This document shows, piece by piece, positions 49,536 through 61,365 of a stretch of DNA of 64,000 nt. Source of the stretch: Eledone cirrhosa. Taxonomy: Eukaryota. Within the stretch, counting starts at the first letter, position 1; every line of letters begins with the position of its first letter. The stretch spans positions 227,602,001 to 227,666,000 of the forward strand of contig OZ024742.1 in assembly GCA_964016885.1 (NCBI GenBank). Direction: 5' to 3'. The position numbers and the translations under genes are program-made. The notes beneath the pieces were generated by a model. It had not been told where the DNA came from and made no database searches. It saw only the letters and a program-made list of their open reading frames with translations.

Positions 49536-52439
49536 CTGGCCGATAATATCGACTAGATTTTCCGACTGCGCCAACCTGGACTTGGGCAAACCGCAGCGGA
49601 TCATCTAGGTCGTACCTAGATAGGTTCTTAGTTAGAAATAAGGATAAGGACTTTTTAAGTTGTCCAGAAATGCTCATGGTTGGCTATTCAGACCACAAGT
49701 TGGTGACCTGCATGGTCAACCTTGATAGAACGCATAGACAGGGCCCCGGTTACTGGAAGCTCAACTTGTCCTTGCCAGCAAGTAGAGCTTACAGGGATCA
49801 GATTAGTACGTTAGTTAAGGAACGGTTGACTGGAGCGATTGTCAACAGCAGGTGGTGGGTATCTCTAAAGAGAGAGATTAGAGTAGTCTCGATAGAATTT
49901 AGTAAGGTTCTAGCTGCGGATAGGAATAAGAAGGAAAGGGAGCTAATAGATAGAGTAGAAGAGGCAATTAGAAGCGGCGACGTGGCCAGAGTGCTAGCGT
50001 CGAGAACGGCTTTGAGCCAGTTTTTCGACGCGAAGCACGAAGGCTGCGTTGCCCGAAGTAAAATACGTGCTCTAGGGAACGAGGGGACCAAAGCTGTTAG
50101 CTGGGCCCACGTGACAGAGGCCAACAGTGGTACTAAATCCACCATCTTGTCTTTGCGAGACCAGGATGGACGGGCGATTCTTGAGCCTAAGCAGATGTGT
50201 GAGGCCTTTCAAAGGCACTTTGCCCGACTGTTCGGAAGGGGCGGGGAGCCAGTTGAGGATGTGGACTTCGGTCCATACCTCGACGGCCTGCCGCGTCTCT
50301 CGGACAGGGAGGCGAAGTCCTGCGAGGAGCCGATTTCGGCCGCTGAGATAGAGGACGTGCTGAGCCAATGCGGCAAACGCAAATCCCCGGGTCTCGATGG
50401 TCTTCCATACGAATTATATCTAGCTATGCCGGACTTGTTCCCCGATCTCCTCGAGGCGGTCTACTGCAACTGGCAACAGAACGGGAGAATTCCCTGTACT
50501 GTGACCAAGGGCGTAGTCACGCTAGTGAGGAAGGACGAGAACAAGGGGGACGAAATAAGTAACTTCAGGCCCATAACTCTGCTAAATACAGAGTTACAGA
50601 TTTTGGCCAAGGTGCTAGCAAAGAGGTTGGCGCTTGTCGTGGGCAACCTGGTGGGAGATGCGCAGACATGTGCTATCCCGTCCAGGTCCATCCATGACAA
50701 CCTCCACCTCATGCGATACATCATAGAGAGGGTTGGGAACAAACTCGGCTTTGGTGGGGCTCTGATCAACTTGGATCAATCTAAGGCGTTTGATAGGGTC
50801 GACCATGGTTACCTGGATGCGGTGCTAGCGGTGGCAGGCTTCGGACCCGTTTTCAAGGGCTGGATCACTGCTATGCACAGCAGCCGCATCTGCTCTAGGG
50901 TCAAGTTCGGAGCCGTTCAAAATCGCGCGGTCCATCCGACAAGGGTGCCCTCTCTCCTCCTTTCTGTATGTATTGACTCTCGAGCCACTACTGCGGAAGT
51001 TGGAGTTGTTGCAGGGCATCCCTTTGGAACCGGGATTGCGGAAAGCGGTGTCGGCCTACGCCGATGACGTGACAGTAATGGTGTCGACGGCCTCCGAAAT
51101 CGGGGCGGTCGGCACCTTACTGGAGGAGTACGAAAGGTTCACAGGGGCTAAGCTGAACCGGGACAAGTCGATCGGTTTGCAACTCGGCACGTGGAGGGGC
51201 AGACCGATGCCCTCCGATGGCATCGTCGGACGCTGGACGGAGGGCCCGGTGAACTTGCTCGGGGTCTGGTTTGGACCAGACCTCCAGGTGGAGAAGAACT
51301 GGGCGGAGGTTACGAACAGGGTGTTTGCACTGACCCAGAAGTGGGCCAGTTGCAAACTATCCCTGAAAGGTCGGGCGGAGGTGGCGAACACCTATATAGC
51401 GTCCGTCATCTACTACCGCCTGACCGTAGTGCCTTTCCCAAGGGAAACCCTCGCCAAGATGGAGCGCGCACTCTTCCAATTCCTTTGGAAGAAGTGGGCT
51501 CCTATGGTGAGGCGATCCATCTGCTGTCAACACCCTTCGAAAGGAGGGCTGGGGATGCCGTGGCTAATGATGCGTAAACACGCATTAAGGCTACGGCACC
51601 TCTACGTATTCCTCACCGGTCAATCGGTGTGGGCCTCGTTTGTGAGACGAACCTTTCCCAGACTCGTCTCACTCACCGAGCTGCAATCCTGGGTCAAGCA
51701 AAGACCGAGAAAACTGGGCGCCTGGCACACTGAGTGTGCCCAGGCGCTCACCGCCCTCTGGCAGGCGGATCCGGTTATCAGTGGAGACTCCACCGCAACA
51801 TTCTTTAGAGGGCTGGTACGCAGCAGGTGCGACGACGCCCTCGGAGAAGCCCTAGACATGGTGGAGGACGAACTGGCCAGCCTGTTCGGTAGGACATTCA
51901 GCCCAGGACCTATGGACAACTTCCAGAAGTCCCTGGCCTGGCAGTGCTACCGAGGGGCTTTACCCGTTCGAGAAAAGCTCTACAGACACGGGCGCCCGGG
52001 TAGGGACCCCGCCAAAAAGATCTGTCCCAGATGCGTGTGCGATGAGGAAACCGTTGCACACGCATTGGTACACTGCTCGGGCATAGCCGATCTGTGGGGC
52101 TATGTCGAACAACTGCTGAATAGGGTGGGACCGATCCGGTTGACCACCAAGTCTATTGTAATGATCAAGCCACCTCCCCCCTTCAAAGATGAAGGAGAGG
52201 CGGTGTTTCTGTGCGTAATAGCCATGGTGAAAGAAGTTGTATGGTGGACGCATCTGAAAGGACTGAGGTCAGGCACCTTTCTCTCTGGCCAACAACTGGT
52301 CCGTTTCTTCCGATATCATTTCGGAAGAAGGATCAGGATGGAGAGAGAGGTGCTCCACCCCAGTCGTTTTTATGAAAGATGGGTGAAAGTGGCGAGAATG
52401 GCCTGTGTGAATGGGCCTTCTCTTTACATAAGCCTGTAG
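49536..52439 (+). pseudogene. Tx1/L1-clade ORF2 (EN C-terminal part, RT, zinc finger), frameshifted
   Basis: SDHK, GYWKLN, KSPGLDGLPYE, NFRPITLLN, LDQSKAFDRVDH, YADD, GGLG and CPRC..EETVAHALVHC motifs. A ~14-bp deletion at ~50905 relative to the second long copy breaks the frame. Confidence 0.93.
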
Positions 52440-52759
52440 GTGGAAAAGAGGAAGGAACGAGGGAGCACCCCCTCTCTGTGCTCCTGAGGAGAAGGGTTGC
52501 ACACTTTTTTCGGGGGTGTATGCGACCCCCCAAGGCGCCTCCTCTCTATTGAGGATTTTGTTATAAATTTTATTTTTTGTTATATTTTATTTTATTTTTA
52601 TATTTTGTTATTGCCTCCTCCTTATTGAGGACGCCTTGTTTTGTAAACTCCCCCCATTGTACTTGTCCCACTTTTGATGCCCTGGTGGCAAATAAAAGAA
52701 ACATATCTATCTGTCTGTCTATATATTTTTCAAGCTAACTATTTCCCTATCTATCTATC

Positions 52760-53136
52760 TTTTTTTCAAATACCACTTTGGAAGAAGAATCAGGATGGAG
52801 AGAGAGGTGCTGTACCCCAGCAAGTTTTATGAAAGGTGGGTGAAAGTGGCGAGAATGGCCCGAGTGAATGGGCCTTCTCTCTATATCAGCCTGTAGGTTG
52901 AGGAAAAGGAGGAGGAGAGGAAGGGAGTACAAGCTCTTAGTACTCCTGGAGATGAGGGTTGCGCATTTTTTTTCGGGGGTATGTGTTACCCATATAAACT
53001 GTCTCCCTCTATTGGGGAAAATCGACTAACTTTTAAATTCCATCTGTGATAACATTTTACACGTTTTTATTGTATGTAAACTTCCCCCTTTGTATTTGTC
53101 CCCTTCTTTTGTGCCCCTGTGGCTAATAAAGAAATA
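52760..53136 (+). mobile_element. Tx1-like 3' fragment (type C UTR)
   Basis: FFKYHFGRRIRMEREVLY... then UTR. TATCTATCTAT on both sides. Confidence 0.87.
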
Positions 53137-53264
53137 TATCTATCTATAACATAAATAATTAATAAAGAAACATATCTATCAGCATATCTGTCCTTTTGTT
53201 TGTCTGCCTGTCTATCTAGTCAACTAACTATATTTCTCTCTATCTCTTTATCTATCTACTTATG

Positions 53265-53670
53265 TGGATGCCTTTCTCTCCGGACAACAATTGATTCCCT
53301 TCTTTAAGTATCACTTTAGAAGGAGAATCAGGGTGGATAGAGAGGCACTGCACCCCAGTAAATTTACTGAAAGGTGGGTGAATGAAGCGAAAATGGCTCG
53401 AGTGATTGGGCCTTCTCTGTTTATAAGCCTGTAGGTTGAGGAAGAGAGCAAAGGGAAGAAAGGTGCACTTGCACAACACGCTCCTGGAGTTGAGGGTTGT
53501 TCTATCGACGAGGTATTAAACAACCCATTTGTGGCGCCTCCCCCCTATTGGGGATTTCGATTGTTGTAATTGTTTGTTTTTATATTTTTTACACGACTGT
53601 ATGTAAAATCCCCGGCATGTCTTTGTATTGTCCCCTTTTCTTGTGCGCCCTTGTGGCTAATAAAGAAATA
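53265..53670 (+). mobile_element. Tx1-like 3' fragment (type B UTR)
   Basis: TSD TATCTACTTATGTG at 53253 and 53671. Confidence 0.88.
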
Positions 53671-53706
53671 TATCTACTTATGTGTGTATATCTTTATCAC
53701 CTATCG

Positions 53707-53878
53707 ATCTCCTCCCTATTGAGGATTTTGTTATTCAATTTATTTTTGTTATATTTTATATTTTATATTTTTATATTTTGTTATTGACTCCTCCTTAGTG
53801 AGGACGCCTTTTTATGTAAACTCCCTCCATTGTACTTGTCCCACTCTTTGATGCCCTGGTGGCAAATAAAAAGAAAGT
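53707..53878 (+). mobile_element. Tx1-like 3' UTR stub (type A-related)
   Basis: Matches 57860-58012. Confidence 0.82.
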
Positions 53879-53911
53879 TATCTATCTATAGGTATGTTTG
53901 TCTGTCTGTCT

Positions 53912-56900
53912 TCACAAAAACAAAAACATGCATACACATACATAAACACAAGAAATAAAAAACTGCTAAACATTGTATACAACAACAATTTAGTGAAAAC
54001 CCAAGGGCCTAACTTCACCCAGGCAGGGGATTTCCCCCACCTCAAAATGATTAAGGCCCCCAGAGGACACATAAAACGCTAAAAAACAACTTTAAAGAGG
54101 ACGTCCCCCCCCCCCCCCCTGCGTCGGGCCCATTAACTGCGTCTTCCTAAAAAATGTTCCCACCCACTCCACAAACACCCACACAACTCCAAACACCCCA
54201 ACCACACAACACACTGATGCCCCTACACTTCCACAAACCACCACTCCACCCAACAACCCATCCCCCACCCTCATGGAAATTGTGCAGCCCGATACCCGGG
54301 ACGCAGAGAGGTAAGTGCCTTTTCTCTTCACCACCAACATGGCTATGCTGAGAGTAGGTTGTCTAAATGCACGTGACCTGGGCTCAACTTGGAAGCAAGC
54401 AATGCTTCTAAATGACCTCAGGTCACAACGTATAGATGTGATGGTTATTTGCGAGGCCCGGATCAGCAATGTGCGACAGCTGGCCCCCACCTTTGACGAC
54501 TTTGAGATGAACGCATCTCTCTGTCAGCCCGGAGGTGGGGTGGGGTTGTCATTCTGCTGCAAAAACATCTGGGTCTCGCAACACAGACGGTACATTTGGA
54601 CCCGGAGGGTCGACTAATGGTTCTGGACCTTGGCAGTGGTGAAGGCGGAGCGTTTAGGCTGGTAGCCGTCTACGGCCCTTTCGGGTCAACGCGGCCGGAC
54701 TTCTTCCATCGTCTGGAGACTTTTCTAGGGACGTCCCGCTCCTTGCTATTAGTGGGGGACTGGAATGGTATCCTAGATGCACGTTGGGACTACGTAGGAG
54801 CCTGTCCCGACAGAGAGGGGTGTAACAGCCTCAAAGGGTTAATCAGCTGATTTGACCTGGCCGATAATATCGACTAGATTTTCCGACTGCGCCAACCTGG
54901 ACTTGGGCAAACCGCAGCGGATCATCTAGGTCGTACCTAGATTGGTTCTTAGTTAGAAATAAGGATAAGGACTTTTTAAGTTGTCCAAAAAGGCTCATGG
55001 TTGTCTATTCAGACCACAAGTTAGTGACCTGCATGGTCAACCTTGACAGAACGCATAGACAGAGAGCCGGTTACTGGAAGCTCAACTTGTCCTTACCGGC
55101 AAGTAAAGCTTACAGGGACCGGATTAGCACTTTAGTTAAGGAGCGGTTGACGGGCGCCATCGTCAACAGCAGGTGGTGGGGATCTCTCAAAAGAGAGATT
55201 AGAGTAGTCTCTATAGAATTTAGTAAGGAGTTGGCCTCAAATAGAAATAGGAAGGAAAGGGAGTTGGTAGATAGTGTAGAAGAAGCAATTAGAAGCGGCG
55301 ATGTGGCCAGAGTGCTAGCGTTGAGAATGGCCCTGGGCCAGTTCTTCGACGCGAAACACAAAGGCTGCATCGTCCGAAGCAAAATACGTGCTCTGGGAAA
55401 CAAGGGGACCAAAGCTGTTAGCTGGGCCCACGTGACAGAAGCCAAAAGAAGGAGTAGATCCACTATCCAGTCTTTGCGAGACCAGGATGGACGGGTGATC
55501 CTTGAATCTAAGCAGATGTGCGAGGCTTTTCAAAAGCTCTTTGCCAGATTGTTCGGAAGGGGCGGGGAGCCGGTTGGGGAAGTGGACTTCGGTCCATACC
55601 TCGATGGCCTGCCGCGTCTCTCGGACAAGGAGGCGAAATCCTGCAAGGAGCCGATTTCAGCCGCTGAGATAGAGGACGTGCTGAGCCAATGCGGCAAACG
55701 CAAATCCCCGAGTCTCGATGGTTTTCCATACGAACTATATCTAGCTATGCCGGACTTGTTCCCCGATCTCCTCGAGGCGGTCTACTGCAACTGGCAACAG
55801 AACGGAAGAATTCCCTGTGCTGTGACCAAGGGCGTAGTCACACTAGTGAGGAAGGACGATATAAATAATTTCAGGCCCACAACTCTGCTAAATACAGAGT
55901 TACAGATTTTGGCCAAGGTGCTAGCAAAGAGGTTGGCGCTTGTCGTGGGCAACCTGGTGAGAGATGCGCAGACATGTGCTATCCCATCCAGGTTCATCCA
56001 CAACAACCTCCACCTCATGCGATACATCATAGAGAGGGTTGGGAACGAACCCGGCTTTGGTGGGGCTCTGATCAACTTGGATCAATCTAAGGCGTTTGAT
56101 AGGGTCGACCATGGTTACCTGGATGTGGTGCTAGCGGCGGCAGGCTTCGGACCCGTTTTCAGTGGCTGGATCACTGCCATGCACAGCAGCCGCATCTGCT
56201 CTAGGGTCAAGGTGAACGGCAACCTCTCGGAGCCGTTCGAAATCGCGCGGTCCATCCGACAAGGGTGCCCTCTCTCCTCCCTTCTGTATGTAGTGACTCT
56301 ACAGCCACTGATGCGGAAGTTGGAGTTGTTGCAAGGCATCCCGTTGGAACCGGGATTGCGGAAAGCGGTGTCGGCCTACGCCGATGACGTAACAGTAATG
56401 GTGTCGACGGCCTCAGAAATCGGGGCGATCGGCACCTTACTGGAGGAGTACGAAAGGTTTACAGGGGCTAAGCTGAACCGGGACAAGTCGATCGGTCTGC
56501 ACACTCGGCACGTGGAGGGGCAAATCAATGCCCTCCGATGTCGTCGTCGGGCGCTGGACGGAGGGCCCGGTGAAGTTGCTCGGGGTCTGGTTCGGACCAG
56601 ACCTCCAGGTGGAGAAGAACTGGGGTGAGGTAATGAACAGGGTGTTTGCACTGACCCAGAAGTGGGCCGAGTGCAAACTGTCCCTGAAAGGTCGGGCAGA
56701 GGTGGCGAACACTTATATAGCGTCCGTCATCTACTACCGCCTGACCGTCGTGCCTTGCCCAAGGGAAACACTCACCAAAATGGAGCGCGCACTCTTCCAA
56801 TTCCTTTGGAAGAAGTGGGCTCCTATGGTAAGGAGATCCATCTGCTGTCAACACCCTTCGAAAGGAGGGCTGGGGATGCCGTGGCTGATGATGCGTAAAC

Positions 56901-58011
56901 ACGCATTAAGGCTACGGCACCTCCAGGTATTCCTCACCGGTCAACCGGTGTGGGCCCCGTTTGTGAGGCGAGCCTTTCCCAGACTCGTCTCACTCACCGA
57001 GCTGCAATCCTGGGTCAAGCAAAGACCGAGAAAACTGGGCGCCTGGCACACCGAGTGTGCCCAGGTGATCACGGCTCTCTGGTAGGCGGACCCGGCTGTC
57101 AGTGGAGAATCCACCTCGTCATTCTATAGAGGGCTGGTGGTTAGCAGGTGTGACGACGCCCTCGGAGAAGCCCTAGGCATGGAGGAAAACGAACTGGCCA
57201 ACCTGTTCGGTAGGACATTCAGCCCGGGACCTATGGATAATTTCCAGAGGTGCCTGGCCTGGCAGTGCTACCGAGGGGCTCTGCCCGTTCGAGAAAGGCT
57301 CTACAGACACAGGTGCCCGAGTAGGGACCCCTCGAAAAAGATCTGTCCCAGATGCGTGTGCGACGAGGAAACCATTGCACGTGCATTGGTACACTGCTCG
57401 GGCATTGCCGATCTGTGGGGCTATGTTGAACGACTGCTGTCACGGGTGGGACCGATCCAGTTGACCACCAAGTCTATTGTAACGATTAAACCACCTCCCC
57501 TCTTCAAAAACGAAGGAGAGGCGGTGTTTCTGTGCGTAATAGCCATGGTGAAAGAGGTTGTATGGTGGACGCGTCTGAATGGACTGAGGTCAGACACCTT
57601 TCTCTCTGGTCCGTTTCTTCCGATATCATTTCGGAAGGATCAGGATGGAGAGAGGGGTGCTGCACCCCAGCCGTTTTTATGAAAGATGGGTGAAAGTGGC
57701 TAGAATGGCCCGTGTGAATGGGCCTTCACTCTACATCAGACTGTAGGTCAGTAAGATGAAAGATCAAGGGGGCACCCTCGCTCTGTGCTCCTGAGGAGAA
57801 GGGTTGCACACTTTTTCGGGGGTGTGTGCGACCTCCCAATGCGCCTCCTCCCAATGCGCCTCCTCCCTGTTGAGGATTTTGTTATATTTTATATTTTATA
57901 TTTTTATATTTTGTTATTGCCTCCTACTTATTGAGGACGCCTTTTTATGTAAACTCCCCCCATTGTACTTGTCCCACTCTTTGACGCCTTGGTGGCAAAT
58001 AAAAAGAAAGT
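53912..58011 (+). mobile_element. Long Tx1-like copy (ORF1 C-terminal remnant + complete but disrupted ORF2 + UTR)
   Basis: ORF1 remnant AYTYINTRNKKLL...QGPNF..PHLKMIKAP is homologous to the 48525 ORF1. Full EN-RT-ZnF ORF2 follows. Confidence 0.93.
54339..57746 (+). pseudogene. Tx1/L1-clade ORF2 with APE endonuclease, RT and zinc finger; several frameshifts and stops
   Basis: MAMLRVGCLNARDL (APE motif I), DVMVICE, DPEGR, AVYGP, GDWN, SDHK, SIRQGCPLS, YADD and CPRC..H...C. Stops at 54848 and 57083; frameshifts near 54540, 56500 and 57610. Confidence 0.93.
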
Positions 58012-58024
58012 TATCTATCTACCT

Positions 58025-58960
58025 TGTGTGCGCTCAGGCGCTCACAGCCTTCTACCAAGCAGAAACAACAATCAGCGGAGATTCCATGTCAAACTTCTAT
58101 AGTGGATGAGTGGAGGATAAGTGCGACGACATTCTCGAAGAGGACAAACTGGTCAGTCTGTTCAGGAGGACTTTTCGTCCAGGACCTATGGATAACTTCC
58201 AGACGTCTCTGGCCTGGCAGTGCTACCAAGGAGTTCTACCAGCTTGAGACAAAATCTACAGGCACAGACGCCCTGGCAGGGACCAGGCCAAAAGGACCTG
58301 TCCAAGATGCAAGCAGGACATTGAAAGTGTTCAGTGCCCAGGGGTGAGAGACCTGTGGAATTATGTCAAACAGCTACTGTCATGTGTGGGACATATCCAG
58401 TTGTCAGCCAAGTCCACCATGAGGATCACCCTCCCGACTTCATTTAAGAATGAAGGAGAAGCGTTTTTCCTGTCTGGTGGCTATGGCAAAAGAGGTAATA
58501 TGGTGGATGAGGTTGAAAGGACTGAGGGCAAATACCTCCCTCTCCGGACAACAACTCATCCCCTTCTTTAAATATCACTTCAGAAGTAAGGTAAGAGTGG
58601 AGAGAGAGGTGCTGCACCCCAGTAACTTTGCTGAAAAGTGGGTAAATGTGGCGAAAATAGCCCAAGTGAATGGGCCTTCTCTGTATATAAACCTATAGGT
58701 TGAGGAAGAGAAAAGAGGGAAAATGGGAACACCTACAAAACGTGTTCCTGGTGTTGAGAGTTGTTCTGTCTACGGGGTATAAAACAACCCCGCAATAACA
58801 TTCCTGCCTATTGGGGATTTCGATTGTTATTTTATTTTAATATATAGTTTATTTTAATTTATTAATATTAAAGTTTACACAATTTTTATGTAAAACCCTC
58901 GCCATCACATCTTGTAATGTCCCATTTTCTTGTACGCCCTTGTGACAAATAAAGAAAGAT
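58025..58960 (+). mobile_element. Older, diverged Tx1-like 3' fragment
   Basis: Decayed ORF2 C-terminus (WWMRLKGL...KWVNVAKIAQVNGPSLYINL*) and a B-related UTR ending AATAAAGAAAGATATCTATC. Confidence 0.85.
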
Positions 58961-59229
58961 ATCTATCTATTTATCCATAAGTTTGTTTGTCTGTATGTCT
59001 ATTTATCTAACTATCTAACTATTTTCCTCTGTCTGTCTGTCTATCTATCTATCTTCCTATCTATTTGTCTATCTTTTCATTATATTTGTTACAATAGTAA
59101 TATTTAGATGTTGTTGTTTAGCCCCAGGGAAGCCTTGACCAACTAGAACTATGATCAAAATCCTCACAGCCATAACTTTTGTTGTTACTGCCTTTCTAAA
59201 CTGGTTGGAACCACTAGTAGCTTGTATAT

Positions 59230-59570
59230 TCTAGTTTTAGCATGGTGTCTATGGTTTGATGTCCTTCCTAGCACCAACTCCTTCACAGACTGAACTGGGT
59301 ATATTTTATCATGGTCCTCAACAGGACTAAAGAGTTTTCTTTACCCTACATTGTCTCTGTTCATCTGCCAGTCATTTTACAGAATGTACTGGGTGCATTT
59401 TATCATGGCACCAGTACAAGAGAGATTGTCAAGTTCTTTACTCGACTAAAGAATCCTTTCTAACTTACATTGTCTCCATTCATCTGCTAACCACTTTACA
59501 TAGTGTTCAGGGTGCATTTTACCATGGCACCAGCACTTGAGAGGTTATCATAACCCTATGTCCTCTATAA
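59230..59570 (-). mobile_element. Degenerate RTE-partner SINE with diverged internal tandem units
   Basis: Three blocks resembling TTTACAGA..GTACTGGGTGCATTTTATCATGGCACCAG. Confidence 0.55.
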
Positions 59571-60454
59571 GACTCAACATTCCTTTCTTATGTTATCTTT
59601 TTCAAGGCAAATATGATTGAGAGAGTGAATGGAAGAGAGTGAGGACTCAAAAGATGAAAGTAGAGGATGAAAACAGAGTGATAAGACCATGTCCGGTTGT
59701 TTGTTTTTTTTGTTCAAATAATTACACCTTCACAATGGGTAAATAAAAAATTATTAAAAATCAACAGATTTTATGGTAGAAAGAACTAAAAATTCACATT
59801 TAAAATAAAAAACTTCTTAAATAGAAAGAGTAAAAATGTTTTGCTTAAAATCAATCTTCGCTGAAATTGCCATTCATTCTTAATGTTTAGCTCAAAATGA
59901 CTTTGCTAAAAATTAAGTTCGCTCAAAATGAATGGAACTGATAGGACTGAGAGTGTAGTAGGTGAGAGAATAAAAGAAGAGAGTCAGTGATAGCTACATG
60001 TGGGTTGTTGATAAAGAAATTGAATAGAAAAACAGTATGAGCGATGTGATGGAATAGTAGTGATAGTAAAAGACGATGGAAGAATAGAAGTGAAGTGGTA
60101 GAAATATGGAATAACAGTGAGGATGGGTAACAGAAAGAGTGTCATAGATGAGAGGTAGATTGGTAGAGGGGTAGGATATCAATAGAGATGTGTGCGGTAT
60201 AGCCGGAGGCATCGCAGCTACACATACTAGCAAGAGAAAGAGAGTGGTAATAGCATGCTAGTTGATGGTAAGGAGACTGAACAGAAAAACAGCATGAGCA
60301 GTGTGATAGGATAGCAGTAGAGATGATTGATATTAAGTGAAAGGGTAGAAGAGAGGGAAAATATTAGAGCGGTGATGGTAGCTCAGAGGTAGAATGACAG
60401 AGAATGAAAGTAGATGGACTGAATATAGACAGACAATGATATTCCTTGTTATAC

Positions 60455-60640
60455 AAGTACACTCTGAACATTCTGGAAAGTGATAGTGCTGGTGCCCCAA
60501 TAAAATGCACCCAATACACTCTGTAAAGTGGCAGTGTTGATGCCACAAAAACGCATCTCACACCATGGTGACTTATCCAATCCATGCCAGCATGAAAAAC
60601 AGAAATAAAATGTAATGTGATGAAGATGATGTTGATGATG
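60455..60640 (+). mobile_element. Degenerate RTE-partner SINE
   Basis: GCACCCAATACACTCTGTAAAGTGG...TCCAATCCATGCCAGCATGAAAAAC...GATG tail. Confidence 0.65.
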
Positions 60641-60686
60641 AGTATTTAAAAATAAAAGCCTTATGTTCTATGAGGACTCATTGTAA

Positions 60687-60697
60687 TGTGTGTGTGT

Positions 60698-60752
<55 letters not shown>
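60687..60752. repeat. (TG)n microsatellite
   Basis: Directly visible. Confidence 0.95.
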
Positions 60753-60754
<2 letters not shown>

Positions 60755-61024
60755 TGGTTCTGGCAATGAGTGTTTCAGTGTGAGATTAATGTGTAAGTGG
60801 CTGAGCATTCTACAGACATGTGTACCATTAACATAGTTCTCAAAGACATTTAGTGTGACATAATGTATAACAAGGCTAGCCCTTTGAATTACAGGCACAA
60901 CTCATTTTTTGTAGCTAATTTGACTGGAGTAAGGTGAAACAAAGCATCTTGCTTGTGGGTTCAATGCACCACTGGCCTTACAATCATGAGCCAAACACCC
61001 TAACCACTAAGCCATGCGACTTCA
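60755..61024 (-). mobile_element. Degenerate tRNA-derived SINE
   Basis: Reverse complement starts GAAGTCGCATGGCTTAGTGGTTAGGGTGTTTGGCTCATGAT (tRNA A-box). The head is related to 40764-41025. Confidence 0.65.
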
Positions 61025-61365
61025 CTCACCATAATATGGGAGTATATTAAAACAAAACCCTTGTCTTCTATGATGAGTCACTGTAATATGGGAGTATTTC
61101 AAGGTAGAAGCATGGTAACCATATTGCTATGGAGAATATCACATGGAATTGCAGGGTTGAGAATTTCAAATACAACAGTAAAAACAAAAATCAATCAATA
61201 AATGCAATCAGAACAGATTTGTTGTTAATAGCAACCAGTTAGTCATTGATGAGATATATTCCAACATTGTGATGGCTCTTGTAATTGATCTGCTTATCAA
61301 CATGTAAATCCTTAACGAGCTTATGTATAATCTAGCTGCATTAAAACTACTCAGTCTAAAAAAAG

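Larger units (their letters stand above)
48521..52703 (+). mobile_element. Longest ORF1-bearing Tx1-like copy (ORF1 + EN-deleted ORF2 + type A UTR)
   Basis: ORF1 zinc knuckle, RT domain and C-terminal CCHC. TSD TATCTATCTGTCTGT(T/C)TAT at 48501 and 52704. Confidence 0.93.
44940..59075 (+). mobile_element. Cluster of at least 13 same-orientation Tx1/L1-clade retrotransposon copies in a degenerate (TATC/TGTC)n microsatellite
   Basis: Repeated ORF2 C-termini and 3' UTRs, each ending AATAAA(A)GAAA and almost always followed by TATCTA-type repeats. Confidence 0.92.

Noticed and set aside
49798-57443. Antisense and alternate-frame ORFs overlapping Tx1 ORF2
   Set aside because: Shadow ORFs of GC-rich coding sequence with no recognisable motifs.
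48521-58011. Active autonomous retrotransposon or LTR element (repeated UTRs resembling LTRs)
   Set aside because: Both long copies have frameshifts, stops or deletions. The repeats are 3' ends of independent 5'-truncated non-LTR insertions with separate TSDs, and no integrase or protease is present.
44940-59075. Telomeric retrotransposon array (HeT-A/TART-like)
   Set aside because: The array is internal, has TSDs, and lacks TTAGGG repeats. The orientation bias is explained by the asymmetric TATC target.
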